Shown: positions 1 to 10,078, counted from the stretch's first letter. The stretch: DNA of 64,000 bases from an uncultured Methanosarcinales archaeon (GCA_964402995.1 CAYOEA010000002.1:36558-100557); one strand, 5' to 3'. Made by a program: numbers and translations. The notes: generated from the letters alone by a model not told the origin.

Positions 1-249
1 CAAAGAACAACAGATAGTTTTTTTTATGGCCCATATCAAGTTAATTCATATCAAACAGTTCTAAAAAATGCAATTATAACAATAATAGCTATAATTATGG
101 GCTTAATCATATTAAATGAAATTCTAGCAAATAGAATGATGATTAATGAATATACAATAATCCCAGCCATCATAGTAATAACCTTTGTTATATGGAGATG
201 GTATAATGTTTTCAAAGCAATAGAAATTGAGAAAAAATTAAACGATTAA
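1..249 (+). CDS. 3' end of a hypothetical membrane protein (partial)
   Basis: Frame +1 is open from base 1 to TAA at 247-249 (QRTTDSFFYG...IEKKLND) and has two hydrophobic stretches. Not in the ORF track because it lacks a start. Confidence 0.6.
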   Translation, partial: QRTTDSFFYGPYQVNSYQTVLKNAIITIIAIIMGLIILNEILANRMMINEYTIIPAIIVITFVIWRWYNVFKAIEIEKKLND

Positions 250-290
250 AATTAGAAAAGTATTAATACATAAAATTAAGGACTAAGAAT

Positions 291-497
291 ATGGCGAAAA
301 AAGTAATATCACTAGCAGCAATGGAAAAGATAATGAAAAAGACAGGGGCTAAAAGAGTATCGGAAGATGCAAAAGAAGCTTTACGAGACATATTAGAGAA
401 CTATGCAGAAGAATTATCTGAACGAGCATTAAAGTTAGCATTTCATACTGGAAGAAAAACAATTAAATCAGAAGATATAAAATTAGCTTCGAAATAA
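291..497 (+). CDS. archaeal histone (HMf family)
   Basis: 68-aa histone fold with GAKRVSEDA and H-x-GRKTIKSEDI motifs. Confidence 0.95.
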   Translation: MAKKVISLAAMEKIMKKTGAKRVSEDAKEALRDILENYAEELSERALKLAFHTGRKTIKSEDIKLASK

Positions 498-529
498 TTT
501 CTAAACAATTTTTGAAATTAACTAGTCTT

Positions 530-1432
530 TTAAAGTTTAATTCGCATCAAATCATAAGAACATTCTGCATTTGTAAAGAAATCTTTAATACTTGATTCTA
601 GAACTGATATATCTTTATAACGCTGAGAAAAGTGTGTTATGATTAAACGTTTGACTTCTGCATTTGTCGCAATTAAACCCGCATCAGCAGTTGTTAAATG
701 CTTATATTTTGCAGCATTCTCACTCATATCAGGAAGATAAACAGATTCAGAAATTAAAAGATCAGAGTTCTTTGCTAAATCTATTGCATTCTTATTTGGA
801 ATAGTATCAAACACAAAAGTTATTTTTCTACCTTTTTTTATAAAAGAAACATCGTCAGGCTCAATTAATTTACCATTGATAGTTACGGAGTTTCCATTTT
901 GAATTTCTCTCATAATAGGACCTTGAGTTAAACCTACTTCTTTTGCTTTTGCAAGTTTTATTTTTCTTTTATCCTTTTCTACAAATGAATAAGCCACACA
1001 AGAAGTTGTATGTTGCATGTTTGCTGCTTGAATATAATAATCATCAGTTTCTTTGATTGTTGTGAGTTCTTCTGGATCAAGTTCAGTAATTCTTAAATCT
1101 AAGTTCTCTTGCTCAAAAATTACAGAATCTAAAAGATGTTGAATGCTTTTTTTAGTTCCTATTGGACCATAAATTTCAATTTTTGGAGGAACATCTTTAT
1201 TTGATATTGTTTGTAAAAGACCAATTATACCGCCAACATGATCGCCATGCCAGTGAGTTATCAAAATAGTTGTAACTTTATTTCTATTAATGCCTGCAAG
1301 ATTCATTTGTCTTTGAGTTCCTTCGCCACAATCTATCAAAATGCCTTCTGACTGATATGACATGTAAATTGCTTGGACATTACGGTCCTTTGTCGGCACC
1401 ATACATGCCGTACCTAAAAAAGTTAGTTCCAT
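530..1432 (-). CDS. rnz: ribonuclease Z
   Basis: MELTFLGT start, DCGEGTQRQ, metallo-beta-lactamase THWHGDH, exosite GP motif, THFSQRY. Start moved to the ATG at 1432. Confidence 0.95.
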   Translation of the reverse strand: MELTFLGTACMVPTKDRNVQAIYMSYQSEGILIDCGEGTQRQMNLAGINRNKVTTILITHWHGDHVGGIIGLLQTISNKDVPPKIEIYGPIGTKKSIQHLLDSVIFEQENLDLRITELDPEELTTIKETDDYYIQAANMQHTTSCVAYSFVEKDKRKIKLAKAKEVGLTQGPIMREIQNGNSVTINGKLIEPDDVSFIKKGRKITFVFDTIPNKNAIDLAKNSDLLISESVYLPDMSENAAKYKHLTTADAGLIATNAEVKRLIITHFSQRYKDISVLESSIKDFFTNAECSYDLMRIKL

Positions 1433-1495
1433 TTTGTTTGATAAGAAGAGTTTGTTTATATTTGTTATTAAAAACAAAAACAGAACATATAAAAA

Positions 1496-1769
1496 CTTAC
1501 ATAAATAGAAAAATATATGAAAAAAGATATAAATGAACTTACATAAATAGAAACAGAAATAAATAAAGAGAACAAAAAATAAAACCTACATAAATAGAAT
1601 AAAATATGAAAAAAGAATAAATAATCCTACATAAATAGAAATTTAACCACAAACAATATAAACTCAAAAAAACAAACAATATAAACCAATAAACAGATCA
1701 AGAAAACTAATTCTTACATACATAGACAAACACAATAATATTTATAAAGGAATTCTTACATGAATAGAG
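1496..1769 (+). repeat. array of six 15-bp direct repeats, consensus C(T/C)TACATAAATAGAA (probable operator boxes)
   Basis: Copies start at 1496, 1538, 1585, 1626, 1713 and 1755 (spacings 42, 47, 41, 87, 42). The last two are slightly degenerate and flank a TTTATAAA box. Confidence 0.85.
1741..1748 (+). promoter_or_regulatory. TATA box for the HTH gene and giant-protein operon
   Basis: TTTATAAA about 28 nt upstream of the TTG start at 1776. Confidence 0.55.
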
Positions 1770-1775
1770 TATACT

Positions 1776-2330
1776 TTGAGAGCACGACGAGACGACAAAA
1801 AAGAGAAATATAGAGATTACAATAGAATAAGTGCTCAAAGACTCGAAAAAGATCAAGATAAACTCAAATTACAACTTCTAATTGAAACATTAACTTCAAA
1901 GTACAATATAGATCCTAAAGAACTACTTTTGGAAGTAGAAAAAGATAGTCTAATTCCAACCAGCATATTCTCAGAAAAATTAAGCACATTAGAAACAGTC
2001 GTCAAATATCTAAAAGAAAATAACGGATTAAAAAATAAAAAAATCGCAGAGCTTGTCGGAAGAGATTCAAAATCAGTATGGCAAGCATATAATTCTTCAA
2101 AGAAAAAACAAGCAGAAAAAATCATTGTGAGCGATATAAAGCACACATTCCCAATTTCTATTCTTAAAAACAAGCAGCTCAGCGTTCTAGAAAACGTCGT
2201 CGCGTATCTCAAAGAACAAGGACTGCAAAACAAAGAGATTTCTGAGTTAATTAAACGTGACCAGAGAACTATTTGGACTGTGCTAAACAGAGCTAAAAAT
2301 AAACGAGGAGGAAATGAAAACATTAGGTAA
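1776..2330 (+). CDS. tandem helix-turn-helix DNA-binding protein (sigma70 region-4-like repeats)
   Basis: Two internal repeats: LSTLETVVKYLKE..GLKNKKIAELVGRDSKSVWQAY and LSVLENVVAYLKEQGLQNKEISELIKRDQRTIWTVL. Confidence 0.75.
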   Translation: MRARRDDKKEKYRDYNRISAQRLEKDQDKLKLQLLIETLTSKYNIDPKELLLEVEKDSLIPTSIFSEKLSTLETVVKYLKENNGLKNKKIAELVGRDSKSVWQAYNSSKKKQAEKIIVSDIKHTFPISILKNKQLSVLENVVAYLKEQGLQNKEISELIKRDQRTIWTVLNRAKNKRGGNENIR

Positions 2331-5300
2331 TAAAATCGGACGCCTGGAAAAAGAATTCACACTCCTACATAGTTCTAAGAAGAATCTGTTAGCACAGAAA
2401 AGAAGAAAGGAAATCACCAAGAAAGATCATGATTTCCATAAAAAAATAAACAATAGTGAAAGTCACAAAAAAGCATACCATAAAGAAATTAGTGAGCAGA
2501 TAAACACTGCAAAAATAGAAAGAGAAAGAAGAAGAGAAAGCAATAAAGAAAGAGAAAGAAAACCTGCAATTATTTTGATGATTGGATTAATAGTAATCTT
2601 AAGCACATTAGTAATTGCAAACTTTGAAGGAATAACGGGGTTTGCAACATTTACCAGAGAACAAACATTAGTCATAGAAATGAATGAAAGTTATGGACCT
2701 GGACAATATGAGATTGAATTAGATCTAGAAAATGCAACCAGCCTGAGAGTTAGTGGAATAGGCACAGGAGAGGGAAGAATAAAAGTCTTGCTTGAAATGA
2801 ACGGAACAAATCTAACAGTATTAGATAGATATGTGAATGAAGAAGGAAGAAATAATTTAATTACAGGAATGGTTGTTGGAGATGAATTTACACTACTAGA
2901 AGATATGCTAGAAAATAATGCGAACGAAGAAGTAATAGAAGAAGAAAATATCACTGAAATAGTTGATAATATAGAAACTAATAATGAAACAATAGAAATT
3001 GTGGAAGAAAATAATACAAGCACAAATGCAACAACTAATGAAACAATTAATGAAAACATAAGTGCAAGTATAAATGAAAACATAACAAATAATACCAGCT
3101 CAAATATTACAGATATAAACATAACAATCCCTATTGAGCTAAATACTAGTGAAGAACTAAACATCACATTAAATGAAAGTATAAACTTGAGTTTAAACGA
3201 TACAATAGAAATAGATAATGAACTAAATATTACATTAAATGAAAGTAACAATGAGTCTACAAACATAAGTACAAATGTGACGAGTAACACCACAAGCAAG
3301 GTTACAACCAATGTAACGACTAATACTAGTATGAATTTGACAGTTAATGCTACGACTAATATTACAAGTAATATTACAAGCAATTTAACAAGCAATATAA
3401 GTGCAAACATAAGTGAAAATATAACTAGTAATGCAAGCTCAAATATTACAGACATAAACATAACAATCCCTATTGAGCTAAATACTAGTGAAGAACTAAA
3501 CATTACATTAAATGAAAGTATAATTGAAGAACTAAAAACGATATTTGAAGATGAATGTTTAGAAACATGTGTTGCAACAATATCCAATGCTAAACTAATA
3601 ATCATAGTTGAAGACATGGACTTTACATTAACTCAGATTGTTTATACTAAAAAAATAGATAACAAACCCCCAGTACAAACTAAAAACTTAGAAAACATAA
3701 GCTTCTACAAAGAATATGAAATAAATGCAAGCGAATATTTTGCAGACCCTGACGGAGATGAACTAATCTATGATGTAAAAAGATTAGATGATATAAGAAC
3801 AGTAATTATTGGAAATAGAATAATCTTTAGAACAAATACTACTGGAACATACGAAACTTATGTCTACGCAACAGATGGAGGAAGTTTAGTTAAGAGTAAT
3901 ACATTTACAATTAGAACTGGACTAGAAGAAAATGTGAGTTTAGTGACAGAAAAATCAATAAAAGAAAATGTAACTCAACTACAAGCAGAAATTGGTAAAC
4001 CAGTTAAATGGATTAAAACAGTACAATTAGATAATATTACAGACACAATAATTAACTTACCTGAAAGTTCAAGAAATATAATTGTAAAAGACAACAACAA
4101 CAAACAAGTAAAAGAAGAAAAAATTAGTGTTGTAGAAAATAAAACAAGAAGAACATTAATAGAATATGAAGTAGATAAAGAAATTGAATTAATCAAAAAG
4201 AAAATAGAAAAAGCAGATAAGAAAGATAATTCAAAAGAATCAGGAAAACTAAAATCAAGTCTCATCAAACTAAAAGTAAAAAAACAAGAAATAGTTAGTG
4301 GACAAAAACTAACAGATAAAGGAGAAGAAACTACAGGATCAAAAATACTAAATAGCATCAGAACAACTGTTGCAAACTCAGACTTAACTGGAAGAATAAT
4401 ACAAGAAATACCAGATGCAAAACTAGATCCAAGCATAAAACCAATTGAAGAAGCAACTATTATTCCAGAAGATAAAATAATCGTGATTGAAGATGAACTT
4501 CTTGAAGAAAACATTGTTGAAATTGTAGAAGAAATTATCGAAACAAATGAAACAATAGTAATTGAAGAAAATGTTAAAGAAATAGTAAATGAAACTGTAG
4601 AAAAAATTACTGATATAATTGAAGTAATAGAAGAAGAAAATATTACAACGATTAATTCAACAATTGATGTTGAACTAAATAGCACTTCAGAAATAAAAAT
4701 TATTGAAGAAGAAAATAATACATTTCTAACAAATATTACAGAAACAAATAACACAACAAGAAACGCAACAATCCAAATAGAAAATAATACGAAAGAAATT
4801 ATTGAAGAAATAATTAATGAAACTAATAAAACAAATGAAACTATAATAGTTGAAGAAATTATTGAAGAAGAAACGCTAATAGAAACGCCTGATATAACAC
4901 AAGAAATAATTATTAGTGAAGAAGTGATAAATGAAACTGAAGACATAATAATTGGAGAAGAAAATAATTATAATTCACCAACAAATATTGAAGAAGGAAT
5001 AGGAATTATAATTGAAGAAACAGCTGAAGAATATATCATAGAGTATGAAACGGAAGCTCCAGAAATTATAGAAGAAGAAATTAATGAATATAAGAAGAGA
5101 GTTACAATTAGTTCCACATTACACTACACAGAAATCTTATCCTACACAAACATAACACCATCACCAAAAGAAAGCATAGGATTACACTGGTTAGTAAACG
5201 GAAGCAGAATAGAAATGAAGAACATCACTTATGTGGATGCAAATGAAGATGGTCTGGTTGAAAAAATAGCATGGATCACACCACACTTATCAAACCAAAC

Positions 5301-8214
5301 ATTCGAAATTACAATCACAGTTCTGAATGTACAAAGTTACCCTCTAGTTGGAGCATATTGGACTGTTAGGTTAAATACTAGCGGACAAGCAGACTTAGAA
5401 ATTACACCATTTAACTACACCACATTCTGGCCAGAACCAAACGACTTTGGAAACTTAGAACATGACTTAGAATTTGTTAACTTTAGTTGTGGAAATACAA
5501 TGTTAAATGATCAACTATGGTTTACAACAAATGTGAGTTGTGCTGAATTAAATAATATTAGTTGTTATTATGAAAATGAGAGTAATAGAACAATTGCAAA
5601 GTATGATGAATTAATGCAAACAAATCTTTCAACTTGGATGGAATCAATAATTTTATTCAACTACACTTGTGATGAAAATGTTAGTTTATGGACTGATAGA
5701 GTAAAAACACCAGGAGCACACTATATTAACTTCACATTCGGGCCAAGCAGTGCACATGCACAAAACTGGGCTGTAAAGAGCGCCACATCTATAACCACTA
5801 ACGTCACAGTCAATATTAGAAGACCAGGCGGAACAAATGTGATTACAGGAGGTTTCATGACTCTAAGCGGCACAAGCGGGGATACAGAAGAATGGCACAA
5901 CACAACATGGACTTATGATTACTCCAAAGACTGCCAAGAAGAAGGAGACTATGAATTATATGTAGAAGTACTAAGTGAAGGAAATTCAGAAACTCAAAAA
6001 GACATAAGTGGACTTTCAGAAGCAATAACTATGTGGGTCGATCAATGTACAATTGCAGGACTTGGATATGCAGATTGTAGAGTTCATGTATCAAGTAAAA
6101 ACACGAATGCAGACAAAGACTTTGGTACAAGACTAGATTTAATGAATAGTAATTGTAATATCACAAGTGTAACGCACGAAGGATCAGAGTACCATACAAC
6201 AGAAGGACTAAATAGTTGTACTGGTGGAGAATGTGGAACTTGGATAGAAATATACCATGACGTTGGAACAAGCGACAATACAGACGATACTTACTTCGAT
6301 ATAAGATGTGATGATGGAGCTGATGATAACACTCCAATGATGATGGATTTAGCAGAAACATGCGGACCTTCAAGTTGTGGAGAAGCAACAGTAGGACTTG
6401 GAGGATATGATGATTGTTCAAATCCAACATGTACAGATGGGTACACTTACATTGGAGATGATAGTGTAGAATCACTTGGAGGATTCACACTCATAACTTA
6501 TGAAATAGGAATCTTAGATACATGGGATTGGAATACTGTAACAACATACAATATAGATTGGGACTCAAGTCAAGAAGATTGTGACTGTTACAAAGGAGTA
6601 GGATATTGGAATATTGGTGGAGATGTAGTAACTTGTTGTGAAGATGATGGAAGTGAAAATAAAACAACAAGAAATGTAGATGAAAGTACAATAGATAATG
6701 GATATACAGATAATACAAGCGATGATGGATGTTGTGATACAAATGATAAATGTGTAGATACAAGTATTTGTTATATATCAGGCGATGTTAGCACAGACAT
6801 AGATAGTGATGGAGATGAAGATTATTGTAATGCTGGAACATGGTTTGATTGTAATACAGACTCAGAATGTGCAATAGGAATATTCTGTAATGCAACTAAT
6901 GATTGTGAAGTATCATACATAAACTTAAGTTATGAATTACCAACACCAACAACAAATACAATTCAAATTAACAATCAACAAATAATTAATGTAAGTGTTA
7001 GTTCATATGGAAGCACAGTAGACTCATGTACGCTAGAATGGAATGGTATAAATGAATCAATGGGGAAAATCGGAAGCGGAACAGAAGTAAGTTGCAATAT
7101 TACAAAAACAACTATTGATGGAACAACTTATAATTACAAAGTCTTTGCAAATAATTCAGTTGGAATAATAAATAATACTGCTCTAAGAAGTTTCACAGAG
7201 AATAGTTTACCAACAATAACTTACCATAACATAACACCTGTTGCACCAGATACAACTGATGACTTAAATTGTTCATTTACACTTATAGATTCAGAAAATA
7301 ATAGTTTAATTGCATATTATCAATGGTATAATGGTACAAATCAAACATTATCAGGATCAGTTCCAGTAACAAGTGGAATCATAGGCTCAACAATCCTAAG
7401 CGCAGAAAATACAAACAAAGATGAAAACTGGACTTGTGAAATAACACCTTATGACAACTATGAAAATGGAACTGCAAGTAATATATCTAGAATCATAAAT
7501 AATAGTGTCGCATCGGTAACATTGTTAACGCCTACTGATGGACAAACATTAATAGAATATACTAATAGAACACCAAGACTTACTTGGACTGCAAGCGATC
7601 CAGACGGAGATAATATGAGTTACACTATATGGATATCTGAACAATCAGACTTTAGTACAATTAATCAAACAACAAGCGGAATTTCAGATATAAAATATAC
7701 TATGAATGATCTTAAAGTGGACACAATATATTATTGGATAGTTGAAGCATTTGATGGAGTTTCAAGAGTAAATGCCACTTCCGAGTTCAACTTCACAATA
7801 CAAAGTTACGAATCAATAACATTTGTAGTTGATACAGTAAACTTCCCTGAATTAGAAATTGGAGAAACAAACGATACAGACACAGATGCAATCACACCAT
7901 TTAAGATTAGAAATACAGGAAACGTTTTTGTGAACTTAAGCATAAATGCAAGTGAACTATGGGATGGTGCGAGTGCAGCCATACCAAGTGTATACTATAG
8001 ATTTAAGGCCGATGAAGTAAGTGGTGAAGAAGGAGCATTTACAACCGGAAGCAGCACTATGAGTTGGACTAACATGGTTTCAACAGCCACATCGTTCATT
8101 AAAGACTTGAACTTTGACTATGATACAGATGAAGCAGAAATTGATCTTTATCTGACAGTACCTCCACATGAAATTGCAGGTCAGAAAAATTCAACAATAA
8201 GTATAAGCACATAG
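2314..8214 (+). CDS. giant (1966 aa) membrane-anchored surface glycoprotein
   Basis: Basic N-terminal region, one TM helix, many N-x-S/T sequons, Glu/Ile-rich linkers, DPDGD cadherin/Ig-like motifs, Cys/Asp-rich region. GGAGG SD upstream. Confidence 0.85.
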   Translation: MKTLGNKIGRLEKEFTLLHSSKKNLLAQKRRKEITKKDHDFHKKINNSESHKKAYHKEISEQINTAKIERERRRESNKERERKPAIILMIGLIVILSTLVIANFEGITGFATFTREQTLVIEMNESYGPGQYEIELDLENATSLRVSGIGTGEGRIKVLLEMNGTNLTVLDRYVNEEGRNNLITGMVVGDEFTLLEDMLENNANEEVIEEENITEIVDNIETNNETIEIVEENNTSTNATTNETINENISASINENITNNTSSNITDINITIPIELNTSEELNITLNESINLSLNDTIEIDNELNITLNESNNESTNISTNVTSNTTSKVTTNVTTNTSMNLTVNATTNITSNITSNLTSNISANISENITSNASSNITDINITIPIELNTSEELNITLNESIIEELKTIFEDECLETCVATISNAKLIIIVEDMDFTLTQIVYTKKIDNKPPVQTKNLENISFYKEYEINASEYFADPDGDELIYDVKRLDDIRTVIIGNRIIFRTNTTGTYETYVYATDGGSLVKSNTFTIRTGLEENVSLVTEKSIKENVTQLQAEIGKPVKWIKTVQLDNITDTIINLPESSRNIIVKDNNNKQVKEEKISVVENKTRRTLIEYEVDKEIELIKKKIEKADKKDNSKESGKLKSSLIKLKVKKQEIVSGQKLTDKGEETTGSKILNSIRTTVANSDLTGRIIQEIPDAKLDPSIKPIEEATIIPEDKIIVIEDELLEENIVEIVEEIIETNETIVIEENVKEIVNETVEKITDIIEVIEEENITTINSTIDVELNSTSEIKIIEEENNTFLTNITETNNTTRNATIQIENNTKEIIEEIINETNKTNETIIVEEIIEEETLIETPDITQEIIISEEVINETEDIIIGEENNYNSPTNIEEGIGIIIEETAEEYIIEYETEAPEIIEEEINEYKKRVTISSTLHYTEILSYTNITPSPKESIGLHWLVNGSRIEMKNITYVDANEDGLVEKIAWITPHLSNQTFEITITVLNVQSYPLVGAYWTVRLNTSGQADLEITPFNYTTFWPEPNDFGNLEHDLEFVNFSCGNTMLNDQLWFTTNVSCAELNNISCYYENESNRTIAKYDELMQTNLSTWMESIILFNYTCDENVSLWTDRVKTPGAHYINFTFGPSSAHAQNWAVKSATSITTNVTVNIRRPGGTNVITGGFMTLSGTSGDTEEWHNTTWTYDYSKDCQEEGDYELYVEVLSEGNSETQKDISGLSEAITMWVDQCTIAGLGYADCRVHVSSKNTNADKDFGTRLDLMNSNCNITSVTHEGSEYHTTEGLNSCTGGECGTWIEIYHDVGTSDNTDDTYFDIRCDDGADDNTPMMMDLAETCGPSSCGEATVGLGGYDDCSNPTCTDGYTYIGDDSVESLGGFTLITYEIGILDTWDWNTVTTYNIDWDSSQEDCDCYKGVGYWNIGGDVVTCCEDDGSENKTTRNVDESTIDNGYTDNTSDDGCCDTNDKCVDTSICYISGDVSTDIDSDGDEDYCNAGTWFDCNTDSECAIGIFCNATNDCEVSYINLSYELPTPTTNTIQINNQQIINVSVSSYGSTVDSCTLEWNGINESMGKIGSGTEVSCNITKTTIDGTTYNYKVFANNSVGIINNTALRSFTENSLPTITYHNITPVAPDTTDDLNCSFTLIDSENNSLIAYYQWYNGTNQTLSGSVPVTSGIIGSTILSAENTNKDENWTCEITPYDNYENGTASNISRIINNSVASVTLLTPTDGQTLIEYTNRTPRLTWTASDPDGDNMSYTIWISEQSDFSTINQTTSGISDIKYTMNDLKVDTIYYWIVEAFDGVSRVNATSEFNFTIQSYESITFVVDTVNFPELEIGETNDTDTDAITPFKIRNTGNVFVNLSINASELWDGASAAIPSVYYRFKADEVSGEEGAFTTGSSTMSWTNMVSTATSFIKDLNFDYDTDEAEIDLYLTVPPHEIAGQKNSTISIST
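3097..3523 (+). repeat. 88-bp near-identical in-frame direct repeat (3097-3184 and 3436-3523)
   Basis: Both copies encode SSNITDINITIPIELNTSEELNITLNESI; the offset is 339 nt. Confidence 0.9.
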
Positions 8215-8292
8215 ATTTAAAGTCAATAATTAATCTTTTTTTTCATTAAATTAAATATATTTAAAAAAGAATTCAAATTAATAAAAATTAAA

Positions 8293-8955
8293 ATGGTAAC
8301 TAAAAAAGCAGATAAAAAAATTACTGAAATTAAAATAAAAGTTAAAAAGAGCTCTGCTGCTGTAAACAAAGTTATTGTTAAAAGAATTATTAAGATAGAA
8401 AAAGTAAAAACTAATGGTACAAAAGAAGATAAACTTCCAAGAACAGTATTCGCACAAGAAAGAGTTTTAATGGAAGATTGTGATGAAGCTAGAGAACTAT
8501 ACAATAAAGGCGTTTATGGAAAAGTACTAAGTGATAAACAACTTCAATTATCATTACAAGAGGCATTATATTTACTTGATAAAAATAAAATTGTGATTAG
8601 TGATGGAAGGAAGAAAAGTTTAACATTTGAAGAATTCTTAAAAAAAGCAACTAAAAAAGAACCAAATTTCTGGATAAGATTCTGTGTCTACAAAGATATG
8701 AGAAGTAGAGGCTACATAGTCAAAACAGCACTTAAATTTGGAGCTGACTTTAGAATCTATGATAGAGGAATTAAACCTGGTGAAGACCATGCAAGATGGA
8801 TAGTATATCCTGTACATGAAGGAAGCACACTAACATGGTATGATTTCGCTGCTAAAAATAGAGTTGCGCACTCAACAAAAAAAAGATTAATGATGGGTGT
8901 TGTAGACGACGAAGGAGATGTAACTTACTGGGAAATCAAGTGGATGAGACCATAA
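8293..8955 (+). CDS. endA: tRNA-splicing (tRNA-intron) endonuclease
   Basis: LSLQEALYL, VYKDMRSRGYIVKTALKFGADFRIY, catalytic His (EDHA), RVAHSTKK. Lys-rich N-terminal extension, so the start is uncertain. Confidence 0.93.
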   Translation: MVTKKADKKITEIKIKVKKSSAAVNKVIVKRIIKIEKVKTNGTKEDKLPRTVFAQERVLMEDCDEARELYNKGVYGKVLSDKQLQLSLQEALYLLDKNKIVISDGRKKSLTFEEFLKKATKKEPNFWIRFCVYKDMRSRGYIVKTALKFGADFRIYDRGIKPGEDHARWIVYPVHEGSTLTWYDFAAKNRVAHSTKKRLMMGVVDDEGDVTYWEIKWMRP

Positions 8956-9052
8956 GTTACAGATAAAATTCTATCTTTTAAAAAAATGAAAAAATCGTAT
9001 TTAGTCTTAAATCTCTCAAAAGATTTAAAAATTGAGTTCTATTAAGAAAAGC

Positions 9053-10060
9053 ATGCCGACAAAAGAAGAAGTTCTAAAGGTGTTAAGAGAACAAGGACCA
9101 ATCATCCCAAACCAAATAAAAAGGTTAGTTGGAGGAGATACTGTTCTTATAGGTGCAATGCTCTCAGAATTCATTCATAATGGCATAGCAAAATACAGTC
9201 ATCTAAAAGTTGGCAGTTCCCCAGTTTATTATACTAAAGGTCAAGAATCAAAGCTTCTAAACTTCAAGAAATATCTAAACCAAAAAGATCAAAGAACAGT
9301 GGACTTACTTCGCGAACATAAAATTCTAAAAGATTCAGACCAAGAAATGTTAATTAGAGTAAGTTCTAGAGAAATAAAAGATTTTGCAAAACAAATAGAA
9401 GTCACAATTAAAGGTGAAAAAGTTCTTTATTGGAAATGGTATTTAACATCAAAAGAAGAAGCAGAAACATTAATTCGAAAAGAATTGAACAAATGGGATA
9501 AACCAGTAAAAGAAGAAACAAACAGTAGTAAAGCTACTGAAGCACCAAAACCTAAAGTTTTGAGTGAACCAACAGTAGTTAAAACTGAACAAAAAGAAAC
9601 ACGAAATATAGAACAAGAAAAGCCAAAAGAAGTACGAGTTAAATCAGAACCAATACAAGTAAAAAAAGAACAAACAACAAGTATCCAAACAGAAAGAAAA
9701 CCAGCTTTTGAACAAGAACAAACAAGAATGTCACAAGAAGCAGTTAGTAGTGATGATTTTTCAAAACAACTCCATGATTTTTTTAATAAAAAAGAAGTGA
9801 AAGTACTTGAAGAAAATATTATTAGAAAGAATTCAGAAATTGAACTTAAACTACTTATTCCTAGTGCAGTCGGAAATATAGAGTACTTTTGTAAAGCAAA
9901 AAATAAAAAGAAATGTAACGATGGAGATTTAAGTAGTGCATATCTAAAAGGTCAAATGACAAAACTTCCAGTAATGTTCATTACTACAGGTGATGTTACT
10001 AAGAAAGCCAAAGATATGTTAATGCATGAGTTTAAAGGATTAGTGTTAAAACAAATATAA
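9053..10060 (+). CDS. hypothetical protein (N-terminal winged-helix-like region, low-complexity linker, C-terminal restriction-endonuclease-like fold)
   Basis: Long ORF co-oriented with fen1; ATG at 9053 preferred over TTG at 9032. Fold calls are pattern-based only. Confidence 0.55.
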   Translation: MPTKEEVLKVLREQGPIIPNQIKRLVGGDTVLIGAMLSEFIHNGIAKYSHLKVGSSPVYYTKGQESKLLNFKKYLNQKDQRTVDLLREHKILKDSDQEMLIRVSSREIKDFAKQIEVTIKGEKVLYWKWYLTSKEEAETLIRKELNKWDKPVKEETNSSKATEAPKPKVLSEPTVVKTEQKETRNIEQEKPKEVRVKSEPIQVKKEQTTSIQTERKPAFEQEQTRMSQEAVSSDDFSKQLHDFFNKKEVKVLEENIIRKNSEIELKLLIPSAVGNIEYFCKAKNKKKCNDGDLSSAYLKGQMTKLPVMFITTGDVTKKAKDMLMHEFKGLVLKQI

Positions 10061-10078
10061 AAAAATCAGGTTTTAAAA

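Noticed and set aside
1496-1769. Mini-CRISPR interpretation of the spaced repeats
   Set aside because: The repeats are only 15 bp, the spacers are A-rich and similar to each other (first and third nearly the same), and there are no cas genes.
1853-6763. Long antisense ORFs over the HTH and giant-protein genes (e.g. 2691-3617, 3975-4946)
   Set aside because: Ile/Ser/Phe-rich shadows of low-complexity Glu/Asn/Thr codons on the coding strand.
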